A stretch of 64,000 nt of DNA from Oopsacas minuta (lineage: Eukaryota > Animalia > Porifera): positions 412,570 to 476,569 of the forward strand of contig JAKMXF010000303.1 in NCBI GenBank assembly GCA_024704765.1, given 5' to 3'. The notes under the pieces were generated by a model that did not search any database, was not told where the DNA came from, and was given only the letters and a program-made list of their open reading frames with translations. The position numbers were made by a program, and so were the translations under genes. Shown here piece after piece: positions 62,336 through 64,000 of the stretch. Each line of letters begins with the position of its first letter. Positions within the stretch are counted from its first letter, which is position 1.

Positions 62336-63335
62336 ATTATGACGTCATTGACACCTATTCGATTTTTCGTTATTAAAATTCATAAGGACTGATATTTCAG
62401 TTGGCTAGATAGGTAGAAAATGTCAAATAAATACATACGTTTATCCGGGATTATTGTAAATAATCGGTCTATTAAAATATGAACAATAAGCACTGCTTCT
62501 TCAAAAGTTGTGTTAGTGATGGAGGTGACATCTCTGATATCCTGGATTAGATGAAGGAAGAAGTATTTTGAACAAGTACGAGGTTCAGTACACTCAACTA
62601 ATTGTGTAATATTAGAAGGACATCCTCTATTTAGAGTTTGCAATGTGTATGTAAATATAGAGTGTATGATAACCCGGAGAAGAGCTACTGAAATAGCAGA
62701 AATGTTTCTAGAGAGAAAAGCATCAGCGAAACATTGAATTAATCCCAATCAAATTGCATGCAACTTATGTTGCTATATACAAATATCCCAGAAACCTCAT
62801 GATACAGGTCACTAAATAGGTTCCTGGAGGATATCTAGTAATCTAGCTTGCTGCGAACTTTGTATATAGCAACCGAGATTGGTTCTTAGAACAACCGTAA
62901 TTTGAAATCTTAACAAAATCGGTGGAACGAGCTAATGAAGGTAAGAAAATTTTTACATCACAGCATGCTCCTTCATAAGGAATGTTCTGTGGTGCTCTTA
63001 TAGTGAAATGCTTATTGGCATTCAGACAAGTATGGTGATGTGATGAATGCCGCACCATAGGCTATAACCGTAACAATAATTAATGCTATCTACATCCCTG
63101 TTTAAATATTACCAGTAGAAACAATATAAAAGGATTATTAGATAATATCAAAATGGAATAGTTACCTTATTCCTGTGGGAAGGATATCTGATCGTTCTAA
63201 CGGGTCTCCTAGAGCGTGTAAAACTCTTTTAGATCGAGTATTATGAGTTGGAGTGGAATGAGAAGAATAGTGAGGATGAGCCTTCAATTACAAAAATAAA
63301 CTCATTTGCAGTTCCAATATATACAATTATAAGTA

Positions 63336-63494
63336 CAGTCAACATTCGTAACTCGAAATAATGTTCAATTCCCGGTTTATATAGAAATTGAGTTCGATAT
63401 TTCGAATGCCGATTACTTGGAACATTCGTTATCCCTAACATTAGATTTTCGATCAGATTTTCCGGGTTTGAGCTACCAGACCGGATGTTAGCTG
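63336..63494. mobile_element. MITE flanked by TA, related to 49401-49721
   Basis: TA|CAGTCAACATT ... GGATGTTAGCTG|TA. Confidence 0.5.
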
Positions 63495-64000
63495 TATACA
63501 GTACATAACGGATATAGTGATATACGAGCCTTTAAGAAATATTTTAACTTACTTTTGAGGGTGAAACATTCTGATTCATTTCAATAGTTAATGGCTCAAT
63601 AGTAGTGGATATAGTAGGTAAGAATGTCTCTAGAAGAGCTGATGGGTTGTAATGGATTGAGGTAAGAGGATTAAAGAATGTGTTATCCTTTGCATGAAAA
63701 AGAAATATAGCAATATGACAAAGTAAACCAGCAATGAAGATTGTGTTTAGGTTAGTATATTTTGTGAAGACAAAGCAAGACATATTAAGGAATCTGTTTT
63801 TGAGGATATCAAAAGCTAATTCTTGTAATTCGTCAGGGAGAGATCGACTAAGTTTCTCCAGGCTAGGCCCCAACTACAGGAATGTGTATTTATCTAAATT
63901 CCACACAAAACATAATCAATATTATAACTAATACACTAAACTTCAGTTATACCCAAGTAGGATAAATGAACAGTGTTCCCTATAAGGAATCAATGGAGAG

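Larger units (their letters stand above)
55442..63873 (-). pseudogene. RNF213: RNF213 (mysterin)-like gene, 3' portion (E3 shell, RZ-finger remnant, C-terminal domain), with in-frame stops; 5' part probably beyond the right edge
   Basis: Ordered exons match RNF213 segments as I recall them: 63873-63553 (PLTSIHYNPSALLETFLPT), ~63060-62776 (RZ remnant), 62707-62439 (FFLHLIQDIRDV...VHILIDRL), 59439-59268 (DLIRWEEMF), 59056-58761 (SKLWRHRNIISYDHL...YPILEKFL), ~58460-58250 (LINLLVNIHNSF), ~58110-57826 (LILSN...YDFIGIQREFCDRFMFNKP), 57414-57217, 57174-57100, 55717-55442. In-frame TAGs lie at 62843-62845 and 57148-57150. Confidence 0.8.

Noticed and set aside
17916-62347. Other TGACGTCA (CRE) matches, e.g. 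17916, 58373, 62340
   Set aside because: They lie in coding or pseudogene sequence without promoter context and are compatible with chance.
1-64000. tRNA, rRNA, snRNA or snoRNA genes
   Set aside because: No convincing T-loop, cloverleaf or rRNA signature was seen by eye. tRNAscan-SE and Infernal would be needed to exclude small RNAs.

Overview
AT-rich, compact, intron-containing animal DNA. The TRAF- and RNF213-type remnants and gene compactness suggest a sponge such as a hexactinellid, but that is inference only. The left two-thirds (1195-42757, minus) holds 22 hand-spliced exons (~3450 aa) of an ADGRV1/VLGR1-like giant adhesion GPCR: signal peptide, Calx-beta repeats, LamG, more Calx-beta, then EAR repeats, apparently continuing off the left edge. 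Its introns host at least six other genes: DRG2, two tandem PM20D2-like peptidases, a divergent bHLH, WDR31, and an ORF missing from the track (739 to <1). To the right, all on the minus strand, are full-length COMMD6, an intronless fusion of a catalytically dead adenosine-deaminase-like barrel with an apparently intact LOG phosphoribohydrolase domain (the best novelty candidate), a TRAF-like pseudogene, a type II membrane protein possibly with a degenerate GalT/HIT-like fold, and the decayed 3' part of an RNF213-like gene with a sugar-transporter pseudogene in one intron. A DD37D (maT) transposon, several MITEs, palindrome-bearing minisatellites and perfect hairpins are scattered throughout. 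No rRNA, tRNA or CRISPR array was recognised. All family assignments come from remembered motifs, not database searches.
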